DNA of 20,470 nucleotides from Candidatus Iainarchaeum sp. (GTDB lineage Archaea; Iainarchaeota; Iainarchaeia; Iainarchaeales; GCA-2688035): assembly GCA_017610205.1 (NCBI GenBank), contig JAFCCL010000015.1, positions 1 through 20,470 of the forward strand, read 5' to 3'. The position numbers were made by a program, and so were the translations under genes. Under the pieces are notes generated by a model. It was not told where the DNA came from. It saw only the letters and a program-made list of their open reading frames with translations, and did not search any database. Shown piece by piece: positions 16,543 to 20,470 of this stretch (its first letter is position 1; every line of letters starts with the position of its first letter).

Positions 16543-17464
16543 AGTTGGAATAGTTGGTGCAGCAGGCAATGCAGGACTTATGCTCCTAAAGTTATTAGAA
16601 GGCCACAAAAAGGCAAGCGTGGAACTAGCCTGCGACATCCACAATGCTGGAAAAAAAGTAACCGCCCTCTTACCCAATACCAACTATGGCTTAAAGTTTT
16701 CAAAACTTTCAACAAAAGAACTAAACAAGTTGGATGTCACATTCTTGGCTCTGCCGCATGGAATAGCAAAATACTTGGCACCGCAACTGAAGTGCAAGGT
16801 AATTGACCTGAGTGCAGACCACAGGATGACAAACACTTATGGTCTGCCGGAATTATTCAAAAAACAAATAAAAGAATCCAATTTGATTGCAAACCCTGGC
16901 TGCTATGCAACAGCATGCATTCTAGCATCATACCCCTTAAGGGGCCTGTTGAAAGAAGCAGTATTCAACGGAATAAGCGGCTATTCAGGTGGCGGAAAAA
17001 ACCCAAAATACGACTTTGAGGAAAATATCATGGCTTACAAGCTAACAAGCCACCACCAGCTAAAAGAGCTGTCCAAAATTCTGGGATTTGATTTTTCCTT
17101 TACTCCACACGTCGTAAACTCCTACAAAGGAATACTGTGCACAGCACATCTTTCCTTAAAAGAAGAAGTTGATGCAAAAACGATTCTCAAAGAATACAAG
17201 AAATTTTATAAGGAAACATTCACAAAACCAGGGAAAAAAATCCCCTGCACAAAAGACGTGATTGAAACCCCCTACTGCAACATAGGCGGATTCGAAACAA
17301 CAGGCAAGCACATCATAATAGTTTCAGCAATAGACAATCTGATGAAGGGTGCCGCTTCTCAAGCAATAGAAAACATGAACCTAATGTTTGGCTTAAATCG
17401 CAAAGAGGGACTAAAACAGCCTGGCTGCAATTTTGGCAAAACATACAAGGGAGTAAAAAAATGA
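16535..17464 (+). CDS. argC: N-acetyl-gamma-glutamyl-phosphate reductase
   Basis: GIVGAAGNAG, FLALPHG, IDLSADHR, YGLPEL, ANPGCYAT (catalytic Cys), SGYSGGG, FTPH, IDNLMKGAASQA. 8-nt overlap with argD. Confidence 0.95.
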   Translation: MIKVGIVGAAGNAGLMLLKLLEGHKKASVELACDIHNAGKKVTALLPNTNYGLKFSKLSTKELNKLDVTFLALPHGIAKYLAPQLKCKVIDLSADHRMTNTYGLPELFKKQIKESNLIANPGCYATACILASYPLRGLLKEAVFNGISGYSGGGKNPKYDFEENIMAYKLTSHHQLKELSKILGFDFSFTPHVVNSYKGILCTAHLSLKEEVDAKTILKEYKKFYKETFTKPGKKIPCTKDVIETPYCNIGGFETTGKHIIIVSAIDNLMKGAASQAIENMNLMFGLNRKEGLKQPGCNFGKTYKGVKK

Positions 17465-18648
17465 GAAACAAAATAGTTCTGGCGTTTTCAGGAGGCCTAG
17501 ATACTTCGTTCGCAGTTTTATACCTTAAAGAAAAAGGATACGACGTTATCACTTTAACAGTTGACACTGGCGGACTAAGCAAAAAAAAGATTAAAGAAAT
17601 TAGAACCCGAAGCAAACAGCTTGGCGCAAAAAAGCATTGCTTTGTTGACGCAAAAAAAGAAATCTTTAACGAAATAATCTCCTACCTAATAAAAACAAAC
17701 GGCTTATACCAAGGAATCTACCCCAACATGTGCGCTGACAGATACACCATCGCAAAACACCTGGTAAAAACTGCAAAAAAAGAAAACACAAAAGTTGTTT
17801 CCCACGGGTGCACAGGAGCAGGAAACGACCAAATAAGAATCGACATTACCTGCAATTGCCTAAACCCAAAACTTGAAATAATTGCACCAATAAGAGAGCT
17901 TGGAATCACAAGACCAGAAGAAATAAAATACTTAAAAGAAAAAGGCTTCAGGGTCTCAAAAGAAACAAAGAGATACACAATAAACGAAAACATTTTCGGA
18001 AGAACAATCTCCGGCTCAGAAATAGACAAAAACAAAGAGCCAAGCAAAGAGGCCTGGGTTCTAACAAAAGAAACAAAGCAAAAACCACAATACTTTAAAA
18101 TAGAATTCAACCAAGGAATTCCGGTAGCATTAAACGGCAAAAAAATGCACGGAGCCAACATACTAAAAAAACTAAACAAAGAAGCAGGCGCCCACGGATA
18201 CGGAAGAGGCTTGTACATAGAAGACGAAACGATTGGAATAAAAGGCATCCAAGCATTTGAAGCACCAGGGCTGCTTCTCTTAATAAAAGCACACAAAGCA
18301 CTGGAAAGACTAACCCTGACCTGGAACCAGCTCTCAACCAAACAATTCTTAGACAACACTTGGGCAAACATGGCATACAGAGGCCTGCTACACGACCCAG
18401 TAATAGAAGACATTCAAGCATTCCTAAACAAAAACCAAAAAAGGGTAACAGGCAAAGTCAAAATAAAACTACACCAAAAAACAGCCTTTCTAACAGAAGT
18501 CCACAGCCCAAACTCACTAATAAGAGAAGACATAGCAAAATATGCCCAACAAGCAAGCTGGACAGGAAAAGAAGCACAAGCCTTCATAAAAATATACTCA
18601 CTACAACAAAAAATCGCAGCAAGCAGGAAAAAAGAAAAGAAACAATAA
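17461..18648 (+). CDS. argG: argininosuccinate synthase
   Basis: VLAFSGGLDTS, HGCTGAGNDQ, IAPIRE, YTINENIFG, GIPVALNG, GIKG, FEAPG, VTGKV. ATGA overlap with argC. Confidence 0.95.
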   Translation: MRNKIVLAFSGGLDTSFAVLYLKEKGYDVITLTVDTGGLSKKKIKEIRTRSKQLGAKKHCFVDAKKEIFNEIISYLIKTNGLYQGIYPNMCADRYTIAKHLVKTAKKENTKVVSHGCTGAGNDQIRIDITCNCLNPKLEIIAPIRELGITRPEEIKYLKEKGFRVSKETKRYTINENIFGRTISGSEIDKNKEPSKEAWVLTKETKQKPQYFKIEFNQGIPVALNGKKMHGANILKKLNKEAGAHGYGRGLYIEDETIGIKGIQAFEAPGLLLLIKAHKALERLTLTWNQLSTKQFLDNTWANMAYRGLLHDPVIEDIQAFLNKNQKRVTGKVKIKLHQKTAFLTEVHSPNSLIREDIAKYAQQASWTGKEAQAFIKIYSLQQKIAASRKKEKKQ

Positions 18649-18656
18649 TTCTATAT

Positions 18657-18886
18657 GAGTCTGTAACGAATTTTGCTGAAACTCCATAACGTTAATTAAT
18701 TAGAAGGCTATTATGCCATTATGGAGGAAGCAAAATATGACTGATAAATTGTTCACTAGGGAGCAGGCCAGAGCCTTTCTAAAGCAGAACAGCTTTAAGG
18801 ATGGTGATGCGCTTGCAGATGTCATGGTAGCAGGTTTCAAAGACCTGCTGCAAGAAGCATTGGAGGCTGAGATGAATAACCATCTA
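18657..18886 (+). mobile_element. IS256-family element remnant: left end plus the first 50 codons of the transposase
   Basis: Begins GAGTCTGTAACGAATTTTG, an IS256-like terminus. GGAGG RBS at 18723-18727. ATG 18737 gives MTDKLFTREQARAFLKQNSFKDGDALADVMVAGFKDLLQEALEAEMNNHL, matching the IS256 LEAEMxxHLGY motif, and is cut at the IS630 junction. Confidence 0.8.
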
Positions 18887-20016
18887 TAGCGTAATATTAT
18901 ATATTTGAACTTCCTTACTGTTGTATGACTTGGAATTTGGCTCGCGGGAATGAATTTCTGCTGGATTTTTCTTTGGGCGAGTTGAAAGAACGGGTAGCGG
19001 CAGAGAAAAAGAGACAACCGCGTTTGCGTTTGCTGGTTGTGTTAAACCGAAAACAGGATAAGAGTATAGATCAGATAGCTGATTCAGTTGGTTTGCATAG
19101 GAGGGCTGTTCATGACATTTTGCATCGATTTGAGGAGCGTGGTTTGGCTGCAGCACGTTCCCTGCCAAAGCCTGGCAGGACACCAAACTTGACAAGAAAA
19201 CAGTTACAGGATTTGAAAAAGAATTTGTTGCGCGCTCCCAAAGACAGTGGTTTTGCCGAAGGTTTTTGGAACTCGCGCATGATTCAAAAACTTGTTTGTA
19301 AAGATTATAGTGTCAAATATTGTAAAAGTAATATGCCCAAACTAATGGCAAAAATAGGTTTTTCATACAAAAAACCAAGGTCCACTAACCCAAGAAAGGC
19401 ATCTCCAGAAGAGATTGCTAAGTTCAAAAAAAAACACGCAGAGCGGTACTGGCTGCCAAACACGAAAAAAGAACAATTTTTGTAGAAGATGAAAGCGTTT
19501 TCTCTCTAAAACCATATGTTGCAAGAGGCTAGTACCCTAAAGGTCCTGCAGTTCATGTCCCCCTGACTTACGAACGCGCCTCCAGATTCTACGCTTTCAG
19601 AGTTGCCAACGGAAAAAAAGAACACTATTATTTCTACACAAACACAAAAAAGAAAAAGTCAAAAAAAAGTCTTAAGAAAACAAAAAAGAAAAAGAAGAAC
19701 ATCACCGCACTAATGACAATCAACTTCCTCAAACGACTGAACAAAAAATACCCCAAACTTTTGCTAATCTAGGACAAAGCCCCACACCACAAAGCCAAAA
19801 TAGTCCAACAACACATTCAAAACCACGACATAAAACAAATATTATTCCCAACCGCATGCCCGAATGAAAATCCAATAGAACAAGCATGGGAAACACTCAA
19901 ACACGCAACCGCCAACACCCACTACAAAACAATCCACGACTACAAAAAAGCAGTGCAAAAACAAGCACACAAAAAAAAAGTTAACTAAAATGTTCAAATA
20001 CTTATGTTATTAGCTA
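18887..20016 (+). mobile_element. IS630-family insertion sequence (degenerate)
   Basis: TA flanks at 18885-18886 and 20017-20018 in C-TA / TA-G context. Imperfect terminal IRs TAGCGTAATATTATATATTTGAAC and TAGCTAATAACATAAGTATTTGAAC. Encloses HTH and DDE frames. Confidence 0.88.
18925..20013 (+). pseudogene. IS630 transposase: HTH orfA 18925-19485, -1 shift at an A9 run, inactivated DDE orfB
   Basis: orfA contains KPGRTPNL, FWNSRMI and GFSYKKPR. A9 run at 19426-19434. The -1 frame reads IFVEDES...RG*YPKG...LLI*DKAPHH...PTACPNENPIEQAW, with TAG at 19530 and 19770. A probable extra A in the run at 19971-19979 shifts the LTKMFKYLCY* tail. Confidence 0.88.
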
Positions 20017-20328
20017 TAGGTCGCATGTATAGCTATCCAAGTAATTTTTGAAGGGAGGAACACTTATCGTAACCTTAGCGATTTCTCTTTTTTCTAGTGG
20101 CTTTTTTCCCATTTTTTTCCTGAATGCGTTTACAAGAGGAGTCAAATCCATCTTTGATTTTGTTCGTTTTGTTGATGTTTTCTTTTCAGCCTCTTTTCGT
20201 TTGACTAGAATTGTTGCAAAGTCTTTTGAAAGCGTTATGCCTTTGCTTTCTAGTTTCTCTTGAATTAGTTTTATTGAATCTTTTCCTTCTGCCCAGTATT
20301 TTTTATTTGTGAAGGCGTATTTTTTCAA
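20014..20328 (-). CDS. basic hypothetical protein, probably 3'-truncated by IS630
   Basis: 104-aa Lys-rich ORF with a TTG start. Its TAG stop (20014-20016) is supplied by the IS630 right end. The 5' end is uncertain. Confidence 0.45.
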   Translation of the reverse strand: MKKYAFTNKKYWAEGKDSIKLIQEKLESKGITLSKDFATILVKRKEAEKKTSTKRTKSKMDLTPLVNAFRKKMGKKPLEKREIAKVTISVPPFKNYLDSYTCDL

Positions 20329-20470
20329 GATTCCAATGCTGTTTTTGCCTTTTGACGTTTTTTGAATATCCTTTCAAAATCACCAAATTTACGCTCTTTG
20401 GTCATCTGAAGATATGTGGGGTGGTTATATAGAAAAATAGCATATACATCGTTATGTATACAAAAGGCGT

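Noticed and set aside
14186-18413. Long antisense ORFs (14186-14929, 17718-18413 and similar)
   Set aside because: They are shadows of well-supported arg genes and carry no motifs.
19530-19772. TAG recoded as Trp (alternative genetic code)
   Set aside because: TGG is used for Trp in the same frame, intact genes have no internal TAG, the ACT gene ends cleanly at TAG, and the element has other lesions.
20011-20035. Hairpin TAGCTATA-N9-TATAGCTA at the IS630 right end
   Set aside because: The second arm does not extend into an IR-like sequence, so it is likely chance.
1-20470. tRNA, rRNA, phage or integrase genes
   Set aside because: None recognised by eye; the intergenic gaps are short and AT-rich.

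Overview
AT-rich window that is probably archaeal. Evidence: TATA-like boxes about 25 nt before near-leaderless starts, and lysine-rich proteins; a DPANN lineage such as Iainarchaeota/Diapherotrites is inferred, not proven. (1) 1-2028 is a decaying surface-protein region: a frameshifted subtilase with Gly at the catalytic Ser position, a 5'-truncated surface protein with a Cys/Asp metal-binding motif, and a signal peptidase I C-terminal remnant. (2) 2419-13221 is an accessory island for sugar/amino-sugar chemistry: DegT aminotransferase, Gfo/Idh/MocA dehydrogenase, TIM-barrel enzyme, two glycosyltransferases, a coupled kinase-like / radical SAM / NDP-kinase-like operon, a ComB-family phosphatase, a second NDK-like paralog and a GNAT. 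This is the best candidate for an undescribed system. (3) 13315-18648 holds an ACT-domain regulator divergent from a bacterial-like argB(NAGK+NAT fusion)-argD-argC-argG operon, with repeated candidate operator sites between them. (4) 18657-20328 holds an IS256 remnant cut by a degenerate IS630 that carries G-to-A type lesions and joins two unrelated truncated genes. Strong kb-scale A/C versus G/T skew tracts run through the window. All family assignments come from motif recognition by eye; no searches were run.
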